Assembly: GCA_012295275.1 (NCBI GenBank)
Contig: CM022678.1
Span: 6,448,001-6,512,000, forward strand
Source: Chrysomallon squamiferum
Taxonomy: Eukaryota; Animalia; Mollusca
Direction: 5' to 3'
DNA: 64,000 nucleotides
Below are positions 38,598 to 52,564 of this stretch, piece by piece. Positions within the stretch are counted from its first letter, which is position 1; the number at the start of each line of letters is the position of its first letter. The notes under the pieces are model-generated. The model was not told where the DNA came from and ran no database searches. It saw only the letters and a program-made list of their open reading frames with translations. Both the position numbers and the translations under genes were made by a program.

Positions 38598-39325
38598 GAA
38601 AAAAATGGGCCTGTGCTAGTCCACTAGCCGGTAATCAAATCATCTAAGTCACTTCGCATATGTTTTAACCACAGTGGTTAAGGCATTGATGTTCTGGCTT
38701 GAACTAGATATATGATACAACAATGTAACACTAATAATGCTTAATTAATGTTTCCTTTAAAATTAGTAAAAAATAGTAATTTTAAGAATTTAGGTATTAA
38801 TAATTAAACATCATAAATTAGTTTGTAATAAAACAGTGATAATTACAGCTGTATTTGTAATGTAAAAGTTATCATAACTTATTATCATCCATATTGAATG
38901 AATATCACCTCCAAATAATGTTGGTAATGATTAGTTAAATTTAATATTTAGTCGGAGAATCTGTTGCAGCTGTTGATCAACTAAACATTAAACCATGCAA
39001 AGATTTAAAACAATTTTTCCCTTTTTATATTGAAGCTGTGAAATAATATTACATTCTTAACTCATTTTAGGTTCTACTTGCTTTAACTCATTTATGAATG
39101 TATCATTTGAATTATTCTTGAATTCGGTGAATATTTAACTAGAAGGAAAAAGTGACTAAATGTAAACCTGAGTTATCAGTCAGTAGTGCACATGTGTTCA
39201 TTATTAAAATAAATATGAACATTGGTAAACATACGAATAATGACAAGAGAGCAGTAAATGACATGATAATACTTAATAATATGCTCTAAAAATCAGTGTT
39301 GATGCAGTTATATGTATTCATTACA

Positions 39326-40463
39326 CAGGGCTCGAAACAACTTGTTGCCAAATGCAACCAAAGTTCCATATGGGTGACTGGGATGTTAACAAAATTATGG
39401 GTTCCTTGCCCTAAAAATATTATTTGGGCTACATTTTTTTTTCCTTTAAGTTATAATACAAGAGCCACTATTAATAAATTTATTGTAAATATTTATTTCA
39501 CATAAAAAGTTTGCTCAGAGTTTGATAAATCGAACATATCCAGTGTGCCTTAATTTGGCAATATCTATTTATAAATACTAATTTTTTAGACCAGATAATT
39601 TTGTTTTATTTTTTTGTTTGCCAACAAAGTTTCACTAAATAATTATCATAGATAAAAAAAAAAAAAAAAAAAAAAAAATTGGCAAATGCCTTCATTTCAT
39701 TTCACTAATTAATTTAATGGAGAGTGTCTGTGAAATGTGGATTTTAATTTTTTTTTTGTAAATGACCAGCATAACAAGTATTTCCAGTGTTATACTTTAG
39801 ATACATGTAAAAAAAAAAGGTGTGGTTCGTAATAGTAACTAGTGACACTCATCTGATTTCTTTCATCACACCTATACTCATATAACCAAGAAATACACAC
39901 AAATATACACTCAAAACTTGTCTGGAATATATGGTGGCCCAAAGATATTCATATTTCTGCTTTTAAGTGAAGGAAAATATGTACTTGATCATTAACTTTT
40001 GAAGAAAGATTTAAAAATACACTTCAAACAAATTGAAAGAGAAAAAAATAAGAAAATCGGATCACTTGCAAAGCAGACAATGGAAGCTAAGACGGCATTC
40101 GTAGAAGTTCTGATTTGTCTGAGTATTTGTCTTAGATGATGTAAATGTTCACGATCAGTTTTCTGATACTGGGTCAGCAAGACACATAGTTTTGTTTATG
40201 AAAACAACAGTTATATACATGCCTTTTCCTTCATCAGAATGGCTGTTTATAAATAGATGTTAGCAAATTAAGGTATGCGGATACACCCAATTCATCGAAC
40301 TTTTAGCAAACCTTTTATGTGAAATAAATATTTATGATAAAATTAATAGTGGCTTTTGAGTTATAGGGAAGAAAAGGTTGCCCATAATTTTTTTAACGTC
40401 CCAGTCACCCAAACAGAACTTTGGTCACATTTGGCAACCTGGCAACTGGCTGTTTTGAGCCAT
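39326..40463. mobile_element. Old non-autonomous DNA transposon (MITE-like) with ~220-250 bp diverged terminal inverted repeats
   Basis: 39326-39575 (CAGGGCTCGAAA..GTTGCCAAATG..ACCAAAGTTC..GGGTGACTGGGA..GCCACTATTAAT..AAATATTTATTTCACATAAAA..CCTTAATTTG..ATCTATTTATAAA) is the reverse complement of 40245-40463. No internal transposase ORF. Confidence 0.8.
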
Positions 40464-41480
40464 ACATTTGTTTTCACCAGCTGAAGTATTTTCTTTATAT
40501 AATGAAATTCAATGACAACAGTTACAACCCCACCCACTATTTAGAACTCAAGTAACCCTAATTAACACAATAATAATTTAAAGTTTGTATGTTTACAGTG
40601 CAGTTTAAATGTTATTGCCAAAATGGCTGGAAATGGATGTTTTAAATAACATTTTAAATGTAATGGAAATTGGAATAATTCTGTACAAGTAATTTTTTTT
40701 TTTTTTTTTTTTTTTTATAACTTTAATAAATTTTTGATAAATTGAAATTAACCAGTGTCATTGAAACTACAGACATGTTTCTTAAACATTAATTACGGTT
40801 GTTACTAATTACTGATTTCATTTATAAATATATATAACTTAATAAATAATTGTACGTGGGATTATAGAAAAGAAACCTACCTAACATGTTTTATTCTTTG
40901 TTCAATGCAGCTATACATTCATTAATTTGTTTAAGCCATGAAGAAAAATGTTACCTCAAGGATTTTAATTAAAAAATAACATCTGCTGCACCTCCATTGT
41001 ACATATTCTGGAGACATAAGGCTACATTTAATTGTAAATCTTAAAAAGGAATGCCCAAACCAAGGTTCAGGAATGCTTTGTATGGTTTGGGATAATTCAA
41101 ATAATATGTTCCTTTATATATTTAATTAATAATCTACTATCACACCACAGAGTTTAATGAACAAAAACCTGCAAAGAAATATAAATATAAAAAAATAGAT
41201 AAGTAAAAATATGAACAAGAACAATGCTGTATTTATTAATAATTTAAAAAAGAAAATAGAAGATAGAAATAGTAAAAAAAAAATTATTTTACCTAGTTGC
41301 CGCTGCATTAAATAACTGCCTAGTTAGTGTACATTTAGTGCAAAAGGTCATGAAGAGAATAAATTGAATTTAATAACCACTGCAGAAAGCTTTTAAAACA
41401 TTTTTTGTGTGGCTGTTGAACAATATTCTGATATTACTATTGTGATTAATGTATTTCATGTGGACAGTTCTTTACTTTTT

Positions 41481-41512
<32 letters not shown>

Positions 41513-41784
41513 TATTTTTTTTTTTGTATTGTTTTATTTTTGTTATTTTATTACTTTCAAAGCAAATATGAATATTTTTCTGAATACTGGAATGAATTGT
41601 GTTTATTATTATAGTACTTTTCTATATATAATTTATATTATTGCATGTAATATTTATATATTTTAAATTTTTATAAATTAATATATATATATATTATAAA
41701 TTCAGGTTAAAATAAAGTAATTAAACTGTAAAAATACAAACAATATCTGTTAATCTATTAATAGTAATTTTTTTTAAATTTCAG

Positions 41785-41922
41785 ATAAGTACAGTAGAAA
41801 GACAAGTTTTTGACTTCCTAGGGTTTATGTGGGCACCGATTATCGGCAATTTCTTTCAACTTGTCTGTATCATCATTGGTTTATTTGGTGCCTGTCAGTA
41901 TCGCCCACGTTTTATTATTGTG
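41785..41922 (+). CDS. NKAIN: NKAIN exon 2
   Basis: TTTCAG|ISTVERQVFDFLGFMWAPIIGNFFQLVCIIIGLFGACQYRPRFIIV|GTAAGT, with the hallmark ERQVFDFLGxxWAPI. Confidence 0.97.
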
Positions 41923-42324
41923 GTAAGTATTGATTGTTACATGTTAGTTTTACCTTTATTTTCATCATTTATTAGAATTTTCAGATGGAATTGTTGTTTT
42001 CCTAGGTTTAACAATGTGTGTTAGAAAACAACCGTTTTATCGTTTCTTTGTTAATATAACTTTTCACATTTTAAGAGGGTATCAAAAGTGTTCTTGTGAT
42101 TTATGTTACATTGATGGTGCTTTTAAAATTATATATATTTTTTTTCTTTCTTCTACAATTGAAATTGTAATAAAATTTTATAAATAATGAGATCATTATT
42201 TTAAATATATGTATGTAAGTATGTATTATGTATGTATGTATATGTGTATGTGTGTATATGTGTATGTGTTTCTTTCACATTCACTTTCTTATAACACTTA
42301 TTTACTTTTTTATTCCATATTATT

Positions 42325-42382
<58 letters not shown>

Positions 42383-44106
42383 CTCTCTCTGTTTCTGTCT
42401 CTCCAGGCAAAAGCATGGGAAACCATTTTTAACTCCTTTTCTTTTTTCACACTAAATTTATTTTTTATTTCCTTTAAAAACACAATACTTTAAAAGAAAA
42501 CTCCTTGGATTTCTGTGGTTAGCTAATCATACTGCTTAATCAGCTGTGTTGAAATAATAACCCTTAAAACTAACATTGTGATAAGCCAATGTGGGTGTCA
42601 TTTCCTTTCATTCTATAGTCATGCCCCACTTGATCTCTGAAAACACAATATGTATGCAACATTTCATAATGTGCACCAGGAAAAGAATTCCTGCCTAGCT
42701 AATTATTTTAAGCATTGTTTTGTAGTACATAAATAAACATCTGGGGTGACTTATTTGTCCAAGTTCATAAAGAAGTTTCTGGAAAAAAATGCAGCTGTTT
42801 GGTCATGACATGATTTGTTTGAGTGACCGAGTTATGGAATATTGCCAAAAAAAAAGTACATGATAAACTGTACAAGCAGATTATTATTAATACTATTTAT
42901 TTATTTGTTTATTTATTTATTTATTTGTTTATTTATTTATTTATTTATTTGTACAAGCAGATTATTATTAATACTATTTATTTATTTATTTATGATATTT
43001 TCGTTTTATTTTTAAACTGTATATATTTTATGATTTGTTATTTATATTGTATCTTTATTATTTTCATTTTTAATTTTTTTTTGTTTATTTATATATTTGT
43101 TTATATTTATTTTTCTAAAAAAATTTGTGTGTGTTTATGTGTGTTTATGTGACAAGCATGATACTTATGAAATGAAACTTCAAAGTAATTTCCATGATAA
43201 ATCTACTTGAAATTCAAATAAAGAAAAACATTCTGTAAAACAGGTTTAAGACCATAAATTAGTAGAACTATTAGCAAACATTCAAACCATAAAATTATTT
43301 TGTTTTTAATCACTTGCCATGTTCTCAAAATTATCTTGGCACAAGCACACATACGTGTACATTTTTCTGTAGCATTTGAAAGAGAGTAAATGTTGACAGA
43401 ATGAAAAATCAATATTTAGATTATCACATATTTTATTTAGCTGATTTTATGATCTGGCAGTTTCAGGATTATATCTTTTTTATTTATTTATTTTTATTTT
43501 CTAAATTTTTTTATTCTTGTTAACCGTAAGAGATAAATAAAATGCAGTGTGTGTGTAGTGCTTTTATTTTATTTGATTAATTATTATTATTGTTTTTTTT
43601 GGTTTTTTCTGTTTTTTTTTTTTTTTTTGTTACCATAGTTTTTCATACTAACCTTACAACATAAACTTTATATTTTGTTTGATCACAGAAAAATACTTAA
43701 TTAAAACACATAAACACACACACAGTGCATATTTAAACTAATGCATATCATGATTAGTGGAAATGGTTCTTACAGCATTTTTGATAAATATATTAACACA
43801 CACACACACACATACACACAGTAGATGAACATCCTTATTAATATATCACATGATTATTTATAAATACATAATGAACATTTGTTAATAAATAAATATTAAT
43901 ATAATAAGATTCCTTTAGCTTATCTTTTTTGTGTGTGTGTTTGTGTTTTTGGTTTTTTTATTTTTGTTTTTCTTCTATAAAATACTTTGAGTTAATTTAT
44001 TCAGAGTGCAGTGAGTCTTTTGTTTTGTAACATGTCCGTCGTGTAATTTGTTTTATACTGTGTAATTATTGTTTTATACTGTGTAATGTATTGTTTATTT
44101 TTACAG

Positions 44107-44187
44107 TATACTGTGTGGACATTACTGTGGCTGGGTTGGAATTTATTTGTTATATGCATTTACTTAGAAGTAGGAGTATTAAGAAGG
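44107..44187 (+). CDS. NKAIN: NKAIN exon 3
   Basis: TTACAG|YTVWTLLWLGWNLFVICIYLEVGVLRR|GTGAGT. Confidence 0.96.
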
Positions 44188-44456
44188 GTGAGTTACCTCA
44201 GGTTGTTTAATACTAATTTATTTATGTATTTATCTTTTTTATTTTTATACTGTATTTTATATATTTGCTAAAATTATTTTATTCATTTCTACTCAGTTTT
44301 TCTGCACTAGTCTAGACTACCCTACCCAGCTCTACCCTAGTCTAGTCTAATCTCTGCACTATCCTAGTCTATTCTAGTCAGTCATAGTCTACTTCAGTCA
44401 TCTCTGTTCTGTTATATTCTTTTCTGTTTATCTATTTGTTCTACATTTTGATATTA

Positions 44457-44664
44457 TTTATTTGCTTACACATTTCATTTAATTTGATTCCTTTTAAAAC
44501 AAATCATTTATTTTATTATGCTTCAGTTGTTCCTTTTATGTTTATTTAATTAAATATTTTATTTGCTTACATATTTCATTTAATTTGATTCCTTTTAAAA
44601 CAAATTTTATATTTTATTATGCTTCAGTTGTTCCTTTTATATTTATTTAATTAAATATTTTATT
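44457..44664. repeat. 101 bp direct tandem duplication
   Basis: TTTGCTTACA..TTTGATTCCTTTTAAAACAAAT..ATGCTTCAGTTGTTCCTTTTAT occurs at 44461 and 44562. Confidence 0.85.
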
Positions 44665-45214
44665 GTTAAGTTTTTTTTACATTGTGGAATTTTTTCTTTT
44701 CTGTAGTTCTCCATTTATGTGTGCTAAAAGAAAACATTATAAACAATTTTTTTTATCTTTTTTTTTTTTTTACTAAAAGCCAAAATCAAATTTAAAAGTT
44801 TAAACTGGCTTTTTATAAACTCCTAAAAAGTGTTTTAATTTAAGAAAGAACAAAAAAAAAAAAAATGCATCTTCCTTTGAATTATACATAAAACAGTAAA
44901 TGGGAATTATTCATGGATTCTTGTTTTTTACTTTCATTTTGTTTCCTTAACTGGGTTCTGTTGGGATGTTTGAATCAATGCTAAAATCATTATCATTCTT
45001 AACATCAGTGTCATTGACAGCTTTTTATTTAATTATAAAGAAATGGTTTTTTTTTTGTTTTTTTTTTTTAAAAAGATGAAAGAATAATTTACTTTAGTCA
45101 TTAATAGTGAGGTGACTTGGTATTTATTTTCAAATTTGAATACATAATATATAAAAATAAAGAAATGTTTGATAAATAATTTTTTTTTCTTAAATTATAA
45201 ATATATATATGTAC

Positions 45215-45247
<33 letters not shown>

Positions 45248-45366
45248 ACAATGAAAACAGAATGTAAACAAATTTGTGTATTCTTTTGTGAACATTTATA
45301 GTAAATATACAGAGAACAAAAAAATAAAATTAACAAATATTTTTCTTTTTGTTTCTAAAATTACAG

Positions 45367-45579
45367 GATAAAGAACTGTACATCTTGACCATTGGCACAA
45401 AGAGCAAGAGTTGGTGGCTTGAACACGGCGTTGGTTGCCAGGTAACCAATTCATCCTGGCTTGACGAGATTGGGCCCGACTACAGTCGCCCCATCCCCCC
45501 AGAACAGTTCGTGGAAGGGTGCATTCTCCAGTACTACTACGTCGAGGTGATTCATGCTGCTGTGCAGTGTTTGTTTGCT
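45367..45579 (+). CDS. NKAIN: NKAIN exon 4
   Basis: TTACAG|DKELYILTIGTKSKSWWLEHGVGC...GCILQYYYVEVIHAAVQCLFA|GTAAGT. Confidence 0.96.
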
Positions 45580-46182
45580 GTAAGTTTTAAAACTATTAAT
45601 ATTTCTTTCTTTTTAAGTAGGTGTTTTATTGCCCCCAGAAAAAATACTAAAATAATTGGTAATAATAGGGTGGGTGCCCTGAATTATCTGAAATAATTTT
45701 TATAAATATACATGTATTCTCCATAGCACACTCACACACACATACACACACACACACATTTCCAACATAAATCAGTAATTTGATGAAGAAGTATGTTTGC
45801 ATGTTTAAAATCTGTGTTTAATTGTTATTTATTTACTTGTATTGTTAATATACAATAACAAATATAACCTAATTTTAAACAAACTAAGCTTATTTAATTA
45901 TACCATAACTGATAAAGTTACAGATAGTTTTAATTTTTGTTTTAGTTTTAGTTTTAGTTTTAGTTTTAGTTTTATAAAGTTTTATAGATTAATTTTTTTA
46001 GTTTTTACTTTTAATTTTTTTAATTTTAATTTTAATTTTAATTTTAATTTTAATTTTAATTTTAATTTTTAATTTTAATTTTATTTTTAAATTAATTAAA
46101 TTTTTATTTTTATTTTAATCTCAGTCGAAGTTTGTTAACAAAAACTTGAATTATTTTAAAACATTTTTCGTTTCTATTCCAG

Positions 46183-46243
46183 CTGTTGGGATTCGTCGTC
46201 TCATGTGTGACCATTTACGCTTACACGGAAGAGGACGAATCTT
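46183..46243 (+). CDS. NKAIN: NKAIN exon 5
   Basis: TTCCAG|LLGFVVSCVTIYAYTEEDES T|GTAAGT, phase 1. Confidence 0.93.
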
Positions 46244-46425
46244 GTAAGTACATTGCGTCTACTATCACGTATAACCGTCCCAAAGAGAGCGTAGTCGTCC
46301 GGTACCGGCCCGTTCAGGTTCGGGACAGCTGGTGCATTCCCACCTATGTCTCTTACAATGACTGTGTGGACTGGTCATCCACTACCAACCCCTCGCAGCG
46401 CCTCGTTCCGTCGTCCTCGGCCTGA
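46244..46425 (+). CDS. NKAIN: NKAIN alternative C-terminus by donor read-through
   Basis: The frame stays open ~60 codons past the donor in GC-rich, exon-like sequence (CKYIASTITYNRPKESVVVRYRP...VPSSSA*), unlike the AT-rich introns. Confidence 0.55.
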
Positions 46426-46789
46426 TAGCACCTGTCTCGCTTCACCAGGTGCGTTCAATTAATCCCTCTCAGCTTCGTTAAGCCTTTTGGTAGATTTTAG
46501 TGGAAGTTTAAAGTTTTTACGATTTTTTGGCTTCGGTTCGGTTGGGGAGGGAGGCAGACGTGAAAACGTTTTTCTTCTGCTTTCTTCATTTGCAAGTGTT
46601 GTTTTGTTTTAAGTTTTTGTTTATTGTTATTTTTTTCATTTTGTTTATTTTTATTGTTATTTTCTTTTTTTATTTTTTGTTTTTGTCTTCATTTGAAGTA
46701 TTTTTTTTTTTCGGTTGTGATTTGTTATCATTTTTAATTGTATTTGATTTATTAATTTGCTTTTTTTTTTTTTTTTTTTTTTTTTTTGA

Positions 46790-47012
46790 AGATTTGTATT
46801 TTGTTCTTTTCTTTTTGTTGCTTTTTCTTTTTTTTTTTTTTTTTTTTGTTCATTTTACACCTCCACTTCATGTATGTCAAAGCCAACAATTTCTTTTTTT
46901 ATAGATCTGTATTTTGTTCTTTTCTTTTTGTTGCTTTTTTTCTTCTTTTTTTTTTCTTTTTTGTTCATTTTACACCTCGACTTCTTATATGTCAAAGCCA
47001 ACAATTTCTTTT
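46790..47012. repeat. ~115 bp direct duplication
   Basis: GAT.TGTATTTTGTTCTTT...GTTCATTTTACACCTC.ACTTC.T.TATGTCAAAGCCAACAATTTCTTTTT occurs twice. Confidence 0.8.
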
Positions 47013-47245
47013 TAGTTAAAATAAAAAAATAGGAGAGACAAGCATGAAGCTGGTTCTGTGGGATATTTGGTGGAGATTAAAAAACCTTTTTGCACACAAT
47101 TTCTGAATGATAATACATGTTTATTGTATTTGTTTATTTTTCATATTGATAAAGACAATTTTTCAACATTTTACATATCATTGTTTTATTCATTTTGCCT
47201 TTTAGTAAGAATAATTAATTCTAAATGATACTAATATCATTTTAC

Positions 47246-47276
<31 letters not shown>

Positions 47277-50200
47277 TTAAATTAAATATCTAACATTGCT
47301 TTGATTAATTCTTTCTCTCCTTTGTTTATTTATTATTATTTTTGTGATATAATTTTCTTTTTAGTTCAGTGTCTGAAATATTGCAGAAGGATATAGATAG
47401 ATAGATTCACATTTTTTATTAAATGTACATTATTATATACTTAATTCACTAATAAAGATAAAAATTATAATTTCAGTTTATATAGGGACAAACTTGCAGC
47501 AGTAGCAAATATATAATTCTATCCATTTTTATATGTTTTTTAACTGTACTGTATATATTGTGTTAATAATATCATTTCTAATTACACCAGTGTGTGTGTG
47601 TGTGTGTGTGTGTGTTAAAATACCTTAAATATGATTGTTTGTTGAATACAGTTAGCCAAGTATTATTATAACATTTTTATTTATTTATTTATTTTGTCAT
47701 ATTATCCATCTATTAAAAATCTTTGAAATTTAGCCATATTTTATTCGGAGTATTCCAAAAAATGGAAAAATTAGCTTCAGAGTCACTATAATATAAAAAA
47801 AATTTAATCAGCCTATCAAACACTGGATAATAAAATGTAATTTAAGCAGCTCAGATTATACATTACCATTTTTGACTGTTACAGAAAAACCAAGATACCA
47901 AACTAAATATTAAACATGTCAACTGAACAGCAGAAATGTTCTGATACATAACAAGATACAACTGATTTAAGCTTTCCATCTGAAGAGTAAAAAGAAAATG
48001 ATATCAAAACACATAACCAAATTTTTAAATGTTGAACATTTAAACAGAAAGCTATAAAAATTTATCATTAATTTTAACTTGCCATCCCAACTGCAAAACA
48101 TTTCAGTTCAGTTTATTTTAAAGTGTTTTTTTTTTTTTTATTTAAGCTTTTAACATTGAAGTTAATCTTAATTTGTTTTTGATAAATCATGGAATTGATT
48201 TTACAGTAGGCACTGTAGTGTGTGGGTTTAATATGGGGGTGTAAAAAGTAAATATATGTATAGCTGCAGTTATTTATAGGTTTTTAAATTAAAACACAGT
48301 GTATATTTAAGTTGATTTTTATTTTAATCAATTTATTTTTAATTATTATTTTGAATATTTTATAAGTAAATATTTGTTAATATTTTATATTCATCAAAGT
48401 TTTGACTTACGCAATATATTCTAACATTTTCCCATACATTTTCTGTCTTTCAACACATCTTTTCCTACCTTAAATTTTCTTGTTTGTAAAAATTTTCACT
48501 TGCTGTTCAAACAGACAAAACCCAGTTTTAAGTGTTGTTTGATAAGTTGTAGCTCCTGGGATCAAACCTTAACTGTAGTTAAAAATGCTGAAAAAAACTG
48601 TTTTATCTACAGTAGCTGTGACCTTCAGTTTAAGGCTTTTTTATAAAAAAAAATTAAGCATTTTTTCGTTTTATTTTTTTTAATTTAATTTAATTTTATT
48701 TTATTACTTATCTAAGTTATTATTTATTTACTTTTTGATTTATCTATATATTTATTTTTATTATTTGTTTATTTATTTATTTATTTATTGCCATTGGGTT
48801 TTGTTTTGTTTTTTTTTTGTTTGTTTGTTTGTTTTTACTTTGTTTTTTAATAGTATATGGGGGATCTGTTTTGTTACTAAAATAATATCTTAAGTGAGTC
48901 ACATTACAAAACAAACAGTTTATTTAACCCCTACACAGTTTAAGTTCATGGTGACCATCTTCAAAGATTTGATAAAACTACGTGCAGACTGACCTGAACC
49001 TGCAACTTACAGGATTATGAGTGTTGAGAATTTACATTTGTGATTCATCTGCTGAGTACCTCCTGCATATTAATGTACAGGCTGTTTACAAGCTAGCGTG
49101 ATCAGGAGATAATTTCAGACAGTTACTAAACAATCAGCTGATTGAAAGCATAGCAAGTGTTTTCCTGTTTGTGCAATACTGCTCGTTTTGTAAAACTTCA
49201 TATTGATGAGTTCATTATTTATTTATATTTTTATTTTATATTTTTTTATTTTGTTTCGTTTTGTTTTGTTTTGTTTTGTTTTGTTTTGTTTTGTTTTGTT
49301 TTGTTTTATTTTATTTTATTTTATTTTATTTTATTTTATTTACCTATCTATCTCAGGATCTTGTCCATCTCTGTTTATTATTTTTTATTTTGTGTTTTTG
49401 TTTTGGGTGGGTAAAAGGTTTTTATCTTTTTGTAAAAAAAAAATTCCTTCCATATTTACATATTAACAGACCACAGAAATGAATAAAACATGATAAACCG
49501 TTTTAAATGAGTGGATCTTAACTAGTAACATGTGTTAATGTACAGTCATCAATATATATACATACATCAACACACACATACACGTATTTGATTCACCTCT
49601 TTACCATTGTTTTGTCGTTACACTTTTACACAGTCTAGTCAGTACTTGTTTATCCACTGTTCATGAAAATGAACACTTTACACGTTTAAATTTTGATATC
49701 ACTCTTTTGTTTTAATTGTGTAATTTTACACACCCACAGAATTAATTTAGCATATTTTCAAAACTAATATTCGTGAAACTGGAATCTGTGAATCTGACAC
49801 CACTCTCCCTTAACCCGTGTGTTAACATTTTTATCATGTAATTTGTGTGAGGTACAGAATTAATTACCAACTGTTTCAGTCTACTATTCATGGAAATGTC
49901 ATCTAACAAGTTTGTTTAACCAATATGTTTATTTAAATGGGTAATTTTTACACAACCTGGCTTTAATTAGTAATTGCTTTAATTTGTTGTTCGTGAAAAT
50001 GTAATTTGTAAATTTGATACCATTCTCGGCCAATGTGTTTATTTAAAATATAGTAATTTTATACATCACAGAATTAATTAGTAATTGTTTTAATACACTG
50101 CCCTTCAAGATTTTTAAATTACTGTGTATTGTACTGATGTTTTACCATTAATATGTTGTTCTGGGTTGTTGCTTTTGTGTTTTTTTTCAGTAGAGAAGCT

Positions 50201-51048
50201 CATTAAATTTTTAATTCTTATTTTTGTCCTTAAACAAGTAAATGTACAGGTGTGAATATTTCATTAACAAAAACAGATGTTGCGTCTGCTTGAAAGGTTT
50301 CAGGTCAAAATAAAATATACAGCAAATGTCCAGTTACAAGGACAAAGTACTGATGTCCACTTCTTTGTCCATCTGATTTCTCAAAATGCTGCCTTTACAA
50401 AATACAAATTCCTTCTTAAAGAGCACAATATATTCTTTTTACAATAAGTAAAAAGTCACTTTCATAAAGTATGATTAGTATACTCTGTGTGGTATAAAAT
50501 AAAATTATGTGTGTTTTTACAAAACAATTCTTTCTATTTTTGCCCTTAAACAAACACTGGATGTTTGTAAAACACAGTATCTCATGCAAAACAGTAAACA
50601 AATTTGTTTAACAGAACAAATATTTCTTACACAAAATAAATGATTCCATGCTTTTGTATGATGTATTTACCTTTCTGAACTGCATGTTTCCATTTACAAA
50701 ATCTTACATATCTCCTACACAAAACAAACTATATCCATTTTGCACAGCATGATAGAATACTCTTTACAAAACAAAGCATACAACTTGTGCAAAACACTGC
50801 ATCTCTTTTTGCAGAAAATATCCATTTTAGAAAACCTAGATCCTTTACAAACAAAATATATCTTCATTACAAAACAGAAAATAACTGCTTTACAGACTTG
50901 TTTCCTTTAGAAAACACAATATGACTCGTTTACAAACACAATACAATATCTTTACAATTTGCAGCATATCCCTTTGATAAAATTTATTGGTTTTTTTGGG
51001 GTTTTTTTTCAAGGTGTTAAAACTGATATATCTTTTTTTTAAAATAAT

Positions 51049-51092
<44 letters not shown>

Positions 51093-51157
51093 TACTATTT
51101 TTTTAATTTTTTCTTTTTTTCATTTTTTAACATGGACGGATTTGTTTCTCTTTGCAG

Positions 51158-51264
51158 TCGGGTTTATCCGTGGATTTGATGTAAATCCATCAGACAGAGC
51201 AATTCTGCAGGCATCGTATATGCATCTTGAACCTATATATGACCACGAACCAACTAAATTCTGA
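51158..51264 (+). CDS. NKAIN: NKAIN canonical-type terminal coding exon
   Basis: TTTGCAG| phase 1: (F)GFIRGFDVNPSDRAILQASYMHLEPIYDHEPTKF*, resembling the vertebrate FDFIGGFD...HLQLQP(L/M)Y tail. Absent from the ORF track. Confidence 0.85.
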
Positions 51265-51805
51265 TCAGAAAGGTTTTTTTTTTTTTTTTTAGTTTAACTT
51301 CGTTTGTGGTGCTTTTCATTCATTCATTCATTCATTTATTTATTTATTTCTGTTTCCAGTTTCCCCCATTGGCATGACCTGAACTTGATTCTTTCTTATT
51401 TTTTCTTTATTTTTTTTTTTTTTTTGTTGCATTTCAGTTGGCTGTGTATCTTCTTCACTATTTGCCTTCAGTGATAACCACCTTTTTTTTTTTCTTTTTT
51501 TTTTTATCCATCCTTATTTGTAAAAAAATTAATCGTTGTGGTGGTTATTTTGTTGGCAGTTAAATCAGATTAAAAGGATTAATTGTTGTTTATGATGTCA
51601 GTTATTCTCCTCTGCTTTTAGATTGTTTTATGGGTTTGTTTAGTTTTAGGTAGAACATTTTTTTTTTTTTTTGTAATCTGCTTTTAACGTAATCTGATAA
51701 ATTTGTCTAGTTATTTTATAAACATTTTTATTTGATCTAAGTAGTTGTTTAGAAACCATTGTGAGAATATTGTACGAGTTTTCATGTGAAATTTAGTATT
51801 AAATT

Positions 51806-51844
<39 letters not shown>

Positions 51845-52509
51845 TTTTTGAAATCATTGATGGAACTGTTAAAATATCAATAAATATTATAATTCAGTTA
51901 TAATTTTAATTAATATTACTGATGCATGTTTATTTTTAATTTATTTTCAGAATATTTGAAACTAATTCAGTATTTTTTATTATTGTTATTATTATTGATA
52001 TTATTATTCTTAGTACTATTGTTATTATTGTTATTGTTATTATTTCACAACATTGTTTCACTTAACAGTGTTTTAAGAACATTACATTAAATTTATTATT
52101 AATTAAAAATTGACAATTTTCTATACCTGAACATTGAGGCAGATGTTCAAATCATTATTATTTTTATTTTTTTCATTTTTTTTTTTAAATTTTTTTCTTT
52201 TCAAAAGCAGCTCAAAATTGTTAAAGAGTTCAAAGTCATTTTTAAATTACTTCAAGTGTAGAGGAAAATAAGTGAAAGATTGTTCTCTGTGTGTGTGTGC
52301 ACTGACACACATACACATGCATGAACACACTCTGTCTCACACACACACACAAAAAAAAAACACAAAAACAGATGCAAGCATTGCACATGTATTTTTGTCG
52401 ACGTGTATGTGAAAGAGCTATTGATATGTAGCCAGTACCGTTTCTGTTTTGCATGGTTGTGAAGTTACAAAATTAACTGCTTATTTTTTTTTAATTAATA
52501 AATAGTCCA

Positions 52510-52564
<55 letters not shown>

